Virus record (IMG/VR): IMGVR_UViG_3300032226_000829
Reading direction: 5' to 3' (one strand)
Length of the DNA stretch: 64,000 bases
Source of the DNA: a virus
Taxonomy: Duplodnaviria > Caudoviricetes
Shown: positions 1 through 8,535 of the stretch, piece by piece
Layout of the letters: every line of letters starts with the position of its first letter
Position numbering within the stretch: the first letter of the stretch is position 1
The notes under the pieces: model-generated
Databases searched by the model: none
Told to the model about the DNA's origin: nothing
Seen by the model: the letters and a program-made list of their open reading frames with translations, nothing else
Translations under genes and position numbers: made by a program

Positions 1-1
1 A

Positions 2-196
2 CAACCAGATGAAATAAAACAAATTATGGCTCAAACTGTGGCAGAAGCAGCCAACCCCAAAGCAGTGGAACAAGTGGGAATCAAATTGATTAGATTTTGT
101 GCCAAATGGGACATGCAAAGAATTGTGGATCAAGCACAGAGTTATGCTGAGCCATTGAATGCCAAATATAAAATAACAGAAGAGGTCACAGCATGA
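2..196 (+). CDS. 5'-truncated CDS (C-terminal 64 aa, QPDEIKQIMAQTVAE...KITEEVTA*); possibly the C-terminus of a T4 RNase H-like 5'-3' exonuclease
   Basis: Open frame 2 from the window edge to TGA at 194-196, overlapping the next ATG (ATGA coupling). The product guess rests only on recalled resemblance. Confidence 0.45.
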   Translation, partial: QPDEIKQIMAQTVAEAANPKAVEQVGIKLIRFCAKWDMQRIVDQAQSYAEPLNAKYKITEEVTA

Positions 197-708
197 CAGT
201 GATTGCCAAACCCATATTGGATGGTAAGTTTTGGATATTGGAATCTGAAGGTATCAAACTGGGCACACTGTGCCGTCAGGAAGATCACAGATACATGTTC
301 AGTTGTGCCTCAGGCAGTCGCATGTTTGACAATGAGCAACAATTGAGACAGGAATTCAAAGGAGATTGGCTGTGGGGAAATACCACTGTGACTGTGTCAC
401 AAGATCCTGCTGTGGATACAAACTCTGTGTATGGATATCCCACTAAATTTGAACCTTGTAATCCTGTGTTTGATGTGCAAAAAAAATTACCATTGTTTAC
501 CAAAAGTAAAAAATCCAAATCATTGTATTGTGCTGGATATTATGTTATTAAATTTGAAAAAGGATGGGTCAAAAGTTTCTGTCCCAAACTGCTCACCATA
601 GACAGGTATCCCAACAAAGGACCATTCAGAACATTGCTGGAGATGAAACAGGAACTCAGCAGTGCCAACAAACAGGAAGGAAATATCAATGAGCAACACA
701 CCAATTAA
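193..708 (+). CDS. hypothetical phage protein (171 aa)
   Basis: ORF track; ATGA-coupled to the upstream gene; no recognisable motif. Confidence 0.75.
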   Translation: MTVIAKPILDGKFWILESEGIKLGTLCRQEDHRYMFSCASGSRMFDNEQQLRQEFKGDWLWGNTTVTVSQDPAVDTNSVYGYPTKFEPCNPVFDVQKKLPLFTKSKKSKSLYCAGYYVIKFEKGWVKSFCPKLLTIDRYPNKGPFRTLLEMKQELSSANKQEGNINEQHTN

Positions 709-919
709 CACAGCACCCATACAACAATTGATACAACAGATCAAAGTGGCTGATCAAAGCAATCAAAAAGAAGTGCGAATCGATATCACCACTGCCAAAA
801 ATGTGGCCTACGCATTGGGCATTGTGATGAGCAGACTGGCTGGAAATTACGAAGATTTACTCAGCAAGAAAGACAAGGATGAAGTGATTCAGGTACAAAT
901 GGATGGGGGCAAACTGTGA
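689..919 (+). CDS. hypothetical protein (76 aa from MSNTPIN)
   Basis: ORF track 662..919; ATG 689 follows AGGAAGGA; stop overlaps the next start (GTGA). Confidence 0.7.
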   Translation: MSNTPINTAPIQQLIQQIKVADQSNQKEVRIDITTAKNVAYALGIVMSRLAGNYEDLLSKKDKDEVIQVQMDGGKL

Positions 920-1128
920 GCATCACTGACAAAGAAATAGAACAAATAGCCAGCACCAATCTGCCCAACAACCATTTCAATCCCTACATGACTGCTCCTG
1001 AATACTTCCAACAAGAGGGTGAAAACATGTGGATTAGATTCAAATTAAAGGCGTTTTACCCACTGCTTTGTGTGAGTCTGCTGTCTACACTTGCCCTGCT
1101 GTGTGTGCTGATATATACCCTATTTTAG
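916..1128 (+). CDS. small membrane protein with a C-terminal hydrophobic helix
   Basis: C-terminus LLCVSLLSTLALLCVLIYTLF; GTG start overlaps the upstream stop. Confidence 0.55.
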   Translation: MSITDKEIEQIASTNLPNNHFNPYMTAPEYFQQEGENMWIRFKLKAFYPLLCVSLLSTLALLCVLIYTLF

Positions 1129-1220
1129 CACTGATCCATTAGGGTTCCTTTCATTCAACCAAAAAATAAATCTACCAAAAGGCATAAATATACATGCTTA
1201 ATCATTTTTACAAGGAACAC

Positions 1221-1511
1221 ATGAGCAGACCCAAACCCATTATCCTTTTGGAGAATGTTAATAAAAAAGACTACAAATCTGAACAGGTTTTGGATGCAGA
1301 AGCCATATGGGCCGTATTTTACAAAAATAAACCTTTCAATTTAAAGTCATCCAACATGACCACCAACTATCCAGGACCCAAATACAAGAAAGTTTCTTTC
1401 AGCAATCCAGGCCATGCTTTTAACCTTGCTAAAAAACTCAACACACTGTTCAACGTTCAAGACTTTTCAGTGGTGAAATTAACTCAGGGCGAAACCGTCA
1501 CTGAAAAATAA
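1221..1511 (+). CDS. hypothetical phage protein (MSRPKPIILLE...)
   Basis: ORF track 1194..1511; AAGGA SD before ATG 1221; TAAATA at 1185-1190. Confidence 0.75.
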   Translation: MSRPKPIILLENVNKKDYKSEQVLDAEAIWAVFYKNKPFNLKSSNMTTNYPGPKYKKVSFSNPGHAFNLAKKLNTLFNVQDFSVVKLTQGETVTEK

Positions 1512-1897
1512 TGGACTGGAAAACTACCTATACTAAAATATTCCTTCAACAGGCAAACATTTCCGTGAACGATAATACCATGAAAGAATATCTACCCATA
1601 TGGTGGAAAAATAGTCGTATCAAAACAGAAGGTGGATTAAGACTCACTGAAGAAGGTCTTAAATTTGTTCAAGAAAAATTAGAATTACAGACTTATGATG
1701 TGCCATTCCCATTGGACTTCACCATAACCACACAGATATTGATATTTTTAGACAAGTTCATTGATTGTCCATATTACTTGGCTGCTGATGGTATTATCGT
1801 GACCAATGAAAAGAAGGCCATGGAACTTCACTTATTTTCAGGTGACATACGCAAATATGGTTTGACCAAAGCCATGAGTAGACCCTTCGAACAGTAA
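1511..1897 (+). CDS. hypothetical phage protein (128 aa)
   Basis: ORF track; TAATG stop/start overlap. Confidence 0.75.
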   Translation: MDWKTTYTKIFLQQANISVNDNTMKEYLPIWWKNSRIKTEGGLRLTEEGLKFVQEKLELQTYDVPFPLDFTITTQILIFLDKFIDCPYYLAADGIIVTNEKKAMELHLFSGDIRKYGLTKAMSRPFEQ

Positions 1898-1962
1898 AGA
1901 TATCCACAATTATCAAGCATTTTAAGCCATTGAAATCAACGACTTTTTTGATGCAAAACCAA

Positions 1963-1991
1963 TTGACTTCTTTTTTCACAGATGCTATTAT
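1963..1991 (+). promoter_or_regulatory. sigma70-type promoter TTGACT-N17-TATTAT upstream of the AAA ATPase
   Basis: -35 at 1963-1968, 17-nt spacer, -10 at 1986-1991; AGGAG SD at 2026-2030. Confidence 0.75.
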
Positions 1992-2036
1992 GTATATAAC
2001 ACTAAGGCACTGAAACAAACTTAAAAGGAGTACAAC

Positions 2037-3140
2037 ATGGCCAAAGCAGACAAAGACAGTTTAGCAGTTAGACAGGTCAGTCCTAACAATGCTAAAAGTA
2101 GCATAACACACGCAATCAACAAAAAACGTCCATTATTTTTATGGGGAGCACCTGGTATTGGTAAATCAGATGTGGTACATCAAATTGCTGCCAGCATTGA
2201 TGCTCATGTGATCGACATAAGATTAAGTCTATGGGAACCCACAGATATCAAAGGTATTCCATACTACAACATGAAAGAAAACAACATGATTTGGGCCGCC
2301 CCAAGTGAACTGCCCAATGAAGAATTTGCTAAAAAACACAAAAAAATTATATTGTTTTTGGATGAAATGAATTCAGCCGCACCATCAGTTCAAGCGGCAG
2401 CATATCAATTGATCCTAAACAGAAGAGTGGGCACATACAGGCTGCCTGACAATGTGGTTATTATTGCCGCTGGTAATAGAGAAGCGGACAGAGGTATCAC
2501 ATACAGAATGCCTGCACCATTGTCCAATAGATTTATCCATATAGAAATGAAAGTGGATTTTGATGATTGGTTTCAGTGGGCTGTACAGAACAACATGCAC
2601 AAAGATGTGGTGGGGTTCTTAACATTCAGCAAGAAAGATTTATACGATTTTGAACCCAAGAGTTCAGGCAGATCGTTCGCAACTCCAAGATCTTGGGCAT
2701 TTGTCAGTGAATTATTGTCTGATGAAGTGGATGAGAATACCACAGCCGATCTAGTTAGTGGAGCAGTAGGCGAAGGATTAGCAGTAAAATTCATGGCTCA
2801 CAGAAAAGTGGCTAAGGACCTACCAAATCCGTCTGACATCTTGTCAGGGAAGGTAGAAAAAATGAAGACTAAAGAAATCAGTGCCATGTATTCCTTAACA
2901 GTCTCCCTTTGCTACGAACTGAAAGACGCATGTGATAAGAAAGACAAGAAGTTTAATGATAAAGTCAATAAATTTCTTAGATTTTCTATGGATAATTTCG
3001 ATACTGAAATTGTTGTGATGGGCATTAAACTTGCTCTTACGCAATATCAATTACCGATTGATCCAGACAGTATCAAATGTTTCGATGAGTTTCATGAAAA
3101 GTACGGCAAGTATGTTATTGCCGCACAAAAGGTTGCTTAA
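2037..3140 (+). CDS. MoxR-type AAA+ ATPase
   Basis: Walker A GAPGIGKS, Walker B LFLDEMN, IIAAGN sensor, LSNRF arginine finger, TPRSW sensor II; adjacent to a vWA gene. Confidence 0.85.
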   Translation: MAKADKDSLAVRQVSPNNAKSSITHAINKKRPLFLWGAPGIGKSDVVHQIAASIDAHVIDIRLSLWEPTDIKGIPYYNMKENNMIWAAPSELPNEEFAKKHKKIILFLDEMNSAAPSVQAAAYQLILNRRVGTYRLPDNVVIIAAGNREADRGITYRMPAPLSNRFIHIEMKVDFDDWFQWAVQNNMHKDVVGFLTFSKKDLYDFEPKSSGRSFATPRSWAFVSELLSDEVDENTTADLVSGAVGEGLAVKFMAHRKVAKDLPNPSDILSGKVEKMKTKEISAMYSLTVSLCYELKDACDKKDKKFNDKVNKFLRFSMDNFDTEIVVMGIKLALTQYQLPIDPDSIKCFDEFHEKYGKYVIAAQKVA

Positions 3141-3151
3141 CTGTGACCATT

Positions 3152-3177
3152 CACAGGGCATTTTCGAGTGCCCTGTG
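3152..3177 (+). other. RNA hairpin CACAGGGCA-UU-[UUCG]-AG-UGCCCUGUG between the ATPase and vWA genes
   Basis: Perfect 9-bp inverted repeat, extendable by U-G and U-A pairs to a UUCG loop; no downstream U-tract. Confidence 0.6.
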
Positions 3178-3194
3178 TACAAATAAAGATTCTT

Positions 3195-4433
3195 ATGACT
3201 ACTAAAAAACAAGAAAAATTAAACAAATTACAAGAAGAAGTATTGGATAAAATTATTGTGGCAAGAGTAGGATTGTTGTTGAGACATCCTTTCTTTGGCA
3301 ACATGGCCACTAGATTGGGCATTCAAGAATGTGATGAATGGTGTCCCACAGCAGCCACTGATGGAAGAAATCTTTATTATAATACAAAATTCTTTAGCAA
3401 ACTTTCTGCTAGAGAAATCGAATTTGTGATAGCACATGAAATACTTCATTGTGTGTTTGATCACATTGGCAGAAATGAACAGAGAGATAGACAGATATAC
3501 AATGTGGCTTGTGATTACATTGTGAACAACACATTGGTGCGAGACAACATTGGTGAAAAACCCAAAGACATTCCTATATTTCAAGACTTCAAATATGAAG
3601 GTTGGAGTTCTGAAAGAGTGTATGATGAAATTTATAAAAAATATGATGAAAAACAATTGCAAAAATTAGGTCAATTGTTGGATGAACATTTGGATTGGGA
3701 CAAGGACGAAAACGGCGGCGGTAAAGATAAAAAAGACGGCAAAGAAGGTGACCAACAAAAAAGACCAGCATACAGCAAAGAAGAATTGAGAAAAATTAGA
3801 GATGAGATCAAAGATTCCATACTGCAATCAGCACAAGCCACAGGCGCTGGTAATCTTCCCAAAGAAGTGGAAAGAATCATAAAAAATATGACCAATCCTA
3901 AAATGAATTGGAGAGAAATATTACAGACTCAGATACAGAGTACCATCAAAAGTGATTACAGTTTTATGAGACCCAGTCGCAAAGGTTGGCACACAGGCGT
4001 GGTATTGCCAGGTTCACAGTTTGAACAGACCATTGATTTGGCTGTGGCCATTGATGCCAGTGGATCCATTGATGAAAAACAATTGAGTATATTCTTAGGC
4101 GAAATCAAATCCATCATGGATCAATACAAAGATTATAGAATTAAAGTGTGGACTTTTGACACAGAAGTGTACAATGAACAAGACTATGGTCCCACAGATG
4201 GTGACATCAGCCAGTATGAAATCACCGGTGGTGGTGGCACAGATTTCATGTGCAACTGGGAGTACATGAAAAAGAATGACATTCAACCAAAAAAATTCAT
4301 CATGTTCACAGACGGATACACATTTGACAGCTGGGGAGATCCTCACTACTGTGACACCGTGTTTGTGATACACAACAATCACAACGAAAGAATTGAATCA
4401 CCGTTTGGTATCACTACCAAATACGAAGACTAA
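3195..4433 (+). CDS. HExxH metallopeptidase-like / vWA domain protein (DUF2201-like), MoxR partner
   Basis: HEILH motif; acidic/Gly linker; MIDAS-like DASGS, GGGGTDF, FTDG; ORF-track start 3168 lies inside the hairpin, so ATG 3195 is preferred. Confidence 0.8.
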   Translation: MTTKKQEKLNKLQEEVLDKIIVARVGLLLRHPFFGNMATRLGIQECDEWCPTAATDGRNLYYNTKFFSKLSAREIEFVIAHEILHCVFDHIGRNEQRDRQIYNVACDYIVNNTLVRDNIGEKPKDIPIFQDFKYEGWSSERVYDEIYKKYDEKQLQKLGQLLDEHLDWDKDENGGGKDKKDGKEGDQQKRPAYSKEELRKIRDEIKDSILQSAQATGAGNLPKEVERIIKNMTNPKMNWREILQTQIQSTIKSDYSFMRPSRKGWHTGVVLPGSQFEQTIDLAVAIDASGSIDEKQLSIFLGEIKSIMDQYKDYRIKVWTFDTEVYNEQDYGPTDGDISQYEITGGGGTDFMCNWEYMKKNDIQPKKFIMFTDGYTFDSWGDPHYCDTVFVIHNNHNERIESPFGITTKYED

Positions 4434-4717
4434 TGTTGCAGAAAACTGGAGAACCCAATCCTTTAAACTTTTTTGGTATTAGAAAAGTTCAAAAACCACT
4501 GCCGCATTTCACATATTTGGAAATCAAATTCGATTATGGCATGGAAGACAAGATCAATAATTGGATTAGAATCAATTTAAAAAGTAGATATTTTTTGGAA
4601 AAAACAATCAAAAGCTCTCATGAACACAAAGTGGAGTATGTGATAAAAATTGGTTTTGAAGAAGCCAAAGAACTCACCATATTCACTTTGAGTTGTCCTT
4701 ATGTGAATCGAAGTTAA
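4433..4717 (+). CDS. hypothetical protein (94 aa)
   Basis: ORF track; TAATG overlap. Confidence 0.7.
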   Translation: MLQKTGEPNPLNFFGIRKVQKPLPHFTYLEIKFDYGMEDKINNWIRINLKSRYFLEKTIKSSHEHKVEYVIKIGFEEAKELTIFTLSCPYVNRS

Positions 4718-4749
4718 ATAATTTCGTATATACAACAAGGAGAACATAC

Positions 4750-5040
4750 ATGAACGAAGAAACTAAAAAAACTGCCACAGCCAGCACTGCTGCACCAAAA
4801 GCTGCAGCACCAGAAGCTGATTTAAAATCAGGAGATTTAACTGTGCAGGATTTAAACACTATCAAAGCTATCATTGACGTGGCATCACAGAGAGGTGCTT
4901 TCAAAGCCAATGAGATGCAAGCCGTAGGAACAACCTACAACAAACTTGAATCTTTTTTGAATGCCATTCAAGCTCAACAAGCGGCTGCAGCTAAATCTGC
5001 TCCAGCAGCAACAGCAGCACCTGTGGGAGATAAAAAATAA
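4750..5040 (+). CDS. hypothetical protein with Ala-rich termini
   Basis: AAGGAG SD before ATG 4750; TAAATA at 4715-4720. Confidence 0.75.
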   Translation: MNEETKKTATASTAAPKAAAPEADLKSGDLTVQDLNTIKAIIDVASQRGAFKANEMQAVGTTYNKLESFLNAIQAQQAAAAKSAPAATAAPVGDKK

Positions 5041-5618
5041 TGTCTGAAATAAAACATTTGGGTAGATTCAAAGACACCAAAGAAGTGGTAGGAGTGGTCT
5101 ACAGAGTATTGCCCAGTGATCCAGAACATGCATTGGTGGTACCCACCAGCGGTTTGGATGGAGATGAACATGCAAGACTGATGGATTTAATTCACAGTGC
5201 TGCCAGTCAAACTTCATATGAACTAGCAGAAGCTATGGCCCGTGCCCCGTTGGGTGATGGTTCCATCATGCTGGCTAGATTCCATGTGAAAAAATTGATG
5301 AAAAAAGTCAAGAGCAATCAAATAGAAATGACTCCCAATCAATTCACCACTATCAGTTTGGATGCATTGAATGCTGCCATAGCACAACAAAAAGGTTTAA
5401 AAATTGCTGAACTGGCCATCACTGCCAGCAACGATACACCAGCAAACACACAGGCCAGAAACATAGTGAATCCCATTGTGGAATCTGTGAAAAACGAGTC
5501 TGTGTTGACCGATGAACAATTGGCTGCAAAATTAAGAAGTGATGCAGACAGATTGTACAAAGAAGCAGCACGATTGAGAAAACAAGCAGACGAGTTAAAA
5601 ACTAAGTCAGCAGAATAA
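5040..5618 (+). CDS. hypothetical protein with a C-terminal coiled coil
   Basis: ORF track; DEQLAAKLRSDADRLYKEAARLRKQADELK heptads. Confidence 0.75.
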   Translation: MSEIKHLGRFKDTKEVVGVVYRVLPSDPEHALVVPTSGLDGDEHARLMDLIHSAASQTSYELAEAMARAPLGDGSIMLARFHVKKLMKKVKSNQIEMTPNQFTTISLDALNAAIAQQKGLKIAELAITASNDTPANTQARNIVNPIVESVKNESVLTDEQLAAKLRSDADRLYKEAARLRKQADELKTKSAE

Positions 5619-5624
5619 TCAATT

Positions 5625-5939
5625 ATGGTCATTTTTGGCAAAAAATCACTGCCCAAAAATGTTGTGGATCATTGGCCAGAAGTGTTCAATGATGTCACAG
5701 TGAATGCCATACCTATTGAGTACCTATTGGCCATAAAAGTAACATTTAATGATGGCAAAAAATGGGAAATCAAAGTCAAAAACAGTCATAAAAAAATGAC
5801 CAACAGTAGGCTGGAACAAACACTGAATGAACTGTTCAAAAACTACACCAACAGCATCAAGAATGTGGATTTTAGGCTGGATACTGAAAAGGTCAAAAAG
5901 GACATTGAAAAACACACCAAAAAGTTCTTTAAAAAATAA
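5625..5939 (+). CDS. hypothetical protein (104 aa)
   Basis: ORF track. Confidence 0.7.
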   Translation: MVIFGKKSLPKNVVDHWPEVFNDVTVNAIPIEYLLAIKVTFNDGKKWEIKVKNSHKKMTNSRLEQTLNELFKNYTNSIKNVDFRLDTEKVKKDIEKHTKKFFKK

Positions 5940-5970
5940 AACTTTTAAGTGATGAATACTGTTTATTCAG

Positions 5971-5978
5971 TATAAATA
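5971..5978 (+). promoter_or_regulatory. T4-type late promoter TATAAATA
   Basis: Exact T4 late consensus 33 nt upstream of the fibre-like gene; TAGGAG SD at 5995-6000. Confidence 0.7.
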
Positions 5979-6011
5979 CACAGTAATAAGACATTAGGAG
6001 CAACGCACAAT

Positions 6012-7373
6012 ATGGCATTCAAAATAAGACGTGGCACAAACGCACAAAGATTACTGATAACTCCAGCAGAAGGAGAATTAATCTACACTACAGACACCAA
6101 AAAACTGTTCACAGGTGATGGTACAACTTTGGGTGGTGTGGCTGTGGACACAGGCACTGTGGCGTTTTCAGGCATTGCATCAGATGTTACTCCAGATGTG
6201 GACAGCACAAGAGACATTGGTGCCACAGGCAACAGATGGGCCGAAGGTTGGTTTGACAATGTGTATGGTGCATTCACAGGTGCTCTCACAGGCAATGTCA
6301 CAGGAAATTTATCAGGCAATGTCACAGGTAATGTCACAGGAAATTTAATAGGCAACGTGTCAGGTGACGTCACAGGAGATCTCAACGGTTCAGTGTTTGC
6401 AGATGATTCCACAGCAATGTTGGATGCCATACAAAAAAGAATTAAAGCAGATGTGTACAGCACAGCAGGCACATTATTATTGAGCACCAACCCTGCCACC
6501 AATGTGGTCAGCAACGGTGATGTGGTAATCACAGACAACGTGGTGACTCTGTTGAACGGATTAGACAATATACAATTAGGCACCAACACTTCAGCATTAG
6601 GAGTGGGATTAAGAATTAAATCACCAGTTATCAGTAACAAAGCCATTGAAACCACTTCACTCACAGATGGTAACAATGCTGACAGTTTTGAAATTCAAGT
6701 ATCCAGAGGCACTTTAAGTATTCCCACTTCTGTGCAACAAGGTGATCCACTGTTCACCATAGTGGCCAATGGCTATGATGGATCTGCATACAGATTTTCC
6801 AGTGCCATGTTTGCCAATGTGGAAACAGACTCCAACAATCCAGTATCACCAGGAGCAGTGCCAGGCATCATAGGTTTTGTTACTTCTGCAGATGGTGGAG
6901 CCACTACAAAAAATTTAGTATTCAATTCATTTGGTGAACTAGGAGTGAACTTAACCACTCCCACTGCCACATTATCAGTAGCAGGCAATGCATCTTTTAA
7001 TACTACAGCTGGTGTGGAAAAAGTTTTAACCGGAATGAATTCAGGCACATACACACAAGTGACCAGCAGCACTCTGGAAACCTACACAGCATTGACTTAT
7101 GCTCACGCAATTTACAGAGCAGCCAAAGTGACCATTCACGTGCATTGGAGTGCCAATGACAGCTATATTGGAGAATTTTTGATTGCGAACGGTACTGGAG
7201 CAGCCAGCATACAATCTATTCAATCCACATTTACCGGCACCAACCCAGTGAATGCCGTCACAGCTGATATCAGTGGAGCAAACGTGAGATTGAGAGTGCA
7301 GACAACTAACACATTTTCATCTGGTACGGTTTTCAAATACGAAGTACACTTCACTAACTTCGTAGCATACTAA
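6012..7373 (+). CDS. tail fibre-like virion protein
   Basis: N-terminal KIRRGT...PAEGELIYTTDTKKLFTGDG (Mtd/hyaluronidase N-terminal type); GNVT repeats; Thr/Gly/Ser-rich; late promoter. Confidence 0.7.
   Translation: MAFKIRRGTNAQRLLITPAEGELIYTTDTKKLFTGDGTTLGGVAVDTGTVAFSGIASDVTPDVDSTRDIGATGNRWAEGWFDNVYGAFTGALTGNVTGNLSGNVTGNVTGNLIGNVSGDVTGDLNGSVFADDSTAMLDAIQKRIKADVYSTAGTLLLSTNPATNVVSNGDVVITDNVVTLLNGLDNIQLGTNTSALGVGLRIKSPVISNKAIETTSLTDGNNADSFEIQVSRGTLSIPTSVQQGDPLFTIVANGYDGSAYRFSSAMFANVETDSNNPVSPGAVPGIIGFVTSADGGATTKNLVFNSFGELGVNLTTPTATLSVAGNASFNTTAGVEKVLTGMNSGTYTQVTSSTLETYTALTYAHAIYRAAKVTIHVHWSANDSYIGEFLIANGTGAASIQSIQSTFTGTNPVNAVTADISGANVRLRVQTTNTFSSGTVFKYEVHFTNFVAY
6276..6383 (+). repeat. 9 degenerate 12-nt tandem units (consensus ACAGGMAATGTC) encoding TGNV/TGNL repeats
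   Basis: Direct reading: acaggtgctctc acaggcaatgtc acaggaaattta tcaggcaatgtc acaggtaatgtc acaggaaattta ataggcaacgtg tcaggtgacgtc acaggagatctc. Confidence 0.8.
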
Positions 7374-7384
7374 TACTTTTTATT

Positions 7385-8533
7385 TTAATTTTTTAACAAT
7401 TTAGATTGTTTGATTTTATAATCAGCCCAACTGCGATTGGTCCATTGAGAAGGTTTGTAATCTATATTTTTTGATTGAATACCATAACATGCTGGCACAG
7501 TATCATACAGTATCATTTTTTTATTCACTGCAGCATCACGCAACATAATTTGATGTAAAAAATTAGTGACAGGTTTGCCTGGCACAAAATCACACCAAGG
7601 TCCGCACTTTAATTGTTCCAAGTCAATGGTTTTAACATCACTCCATTGTATAATTCTATGAGTTATGCCATTGATATTCACCATGTAATGATAAAGATTA
7701 TCGTCGGCAGGATGTTTTTCCCAAGTCCAACCTTTACGTTCACAAATTTGTTTGATCAATTTGACATGATCACTGAGATAAAATCTAGGTTCATCAGGAG
7801 ATCTACCTATGTCTGATCCGGCTCTTATTCTGTATTGCCAACTCTTATGTCCTAAAGATTGTATTTCTTCCAGAACATGTTCCATATGATCCAAACTTTC
7901 CAATGTATATCCCACATAGTACACAAAAATTCCTTCAGCAATACAATTGTCTATGCCTTGCAGTTGTTTTTGATGCACAGTTGCTCCTTGATAGGAATGA
8001 TGATTCAAACCAATCATAACCATAGTGGTTCCAGCATCAGCGATTTCTTTTACCCAAGCTCTGTCAGACAACTTTACTCCATTGGTCAATATGCACACAT
8101 CTTCAGGTCTGTTTAATCTTTTCAACAATGCTTTAATTTGTCTAATTAATTCTGGCAAGTCTTTACGCACAGTGGGTTCAGCACCAGCCAATATCACAGC
8201 ACCAGATTCTGCATGAAATCTATGTTCAATCTGATCCAATATTTGTTCGATGGGTCTATCAGCTTGTTTATTGTCAGGTTTATGATAACAGTGCGGACAA
8301 TTTAAATTACATTTGTCAGTGACTTCCACCATGATCCCATGAGGAATGGTGTATCCTGAAACATCATAGTGTAATTGTTTATAAAATTCTACGTCTCTTT
8401 CTATTCTAATGTTTTGTGTGCCATGTTCAGCACAAGTCTTGGTTAGATACACTCCAGAATCTCTTGTTTCTCTCACTGCTTCACAGTGTCTATAACAGAT
8501 ATCACACAAGCTAGTAGTTTTTATATCTTCCAT
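7385..8533 (-). CDS. radical SAM enzyme, MJ0619/Tes-like N-terminus
   Basis: CNLNCPHC; GAEPTVRKDLPELI; TNGVKL; N-terminal SLC-x2-C...KTC-x2-HG. Confidence 0.85.
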   Translation of the reverse strand: MEDIKTTSLCDICYRHCEAVRETRDSGVYLTKTCAEHGTQNIRIERDVEFYKQLHYDVSGYTIPHGIMVEVTDKCNLNCPHCYHKPDNKQADRPIEQILDQIEHRFHAESGAVILAGAEPTVRKDLPELIRQIKALLKRLNRPEDVCILTNGVKLSDRAWVKEIADAGTTMVMIGLNHHSYQGATVHQKQLQGIDNCIAEGIFVYYVGYTLESLDHMEHVLEEIQSLGHKSWQYRIRAGSDIGRSPDEPRFYLSDHVKLIKQICERKGWTWEKHPADDNLYHYMVNINGITHRIIQWSDVKTIDLEQLKCGPWCDFVPGKPVTNFLHQIMLRDAAVNKKMILYDTVPACYGIQSKNIDYKPSQWTNRSWADYKIKQSKLLKN

Positions 8534-8535
8534 GA

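Noticed and set aside
1900-1908. DnaA-box-like ATATCCACA / replication origin
   Set aside because: A single 8/9 match in an AT-rich promoter region, with no cluster of boxes.
6276-6383. CRISPR or non-coding VNTR
   Set aside because: In-frame degenerate 12-nt units encode GNVT fibre repeats; there are no spacers.
6012-7373. Diversity-generating retroelement target (Mtd-like N-terminus)
   Set aside because: No reverse transcriptase and no TR/VR repeat pair differing at adenines were found in the window.
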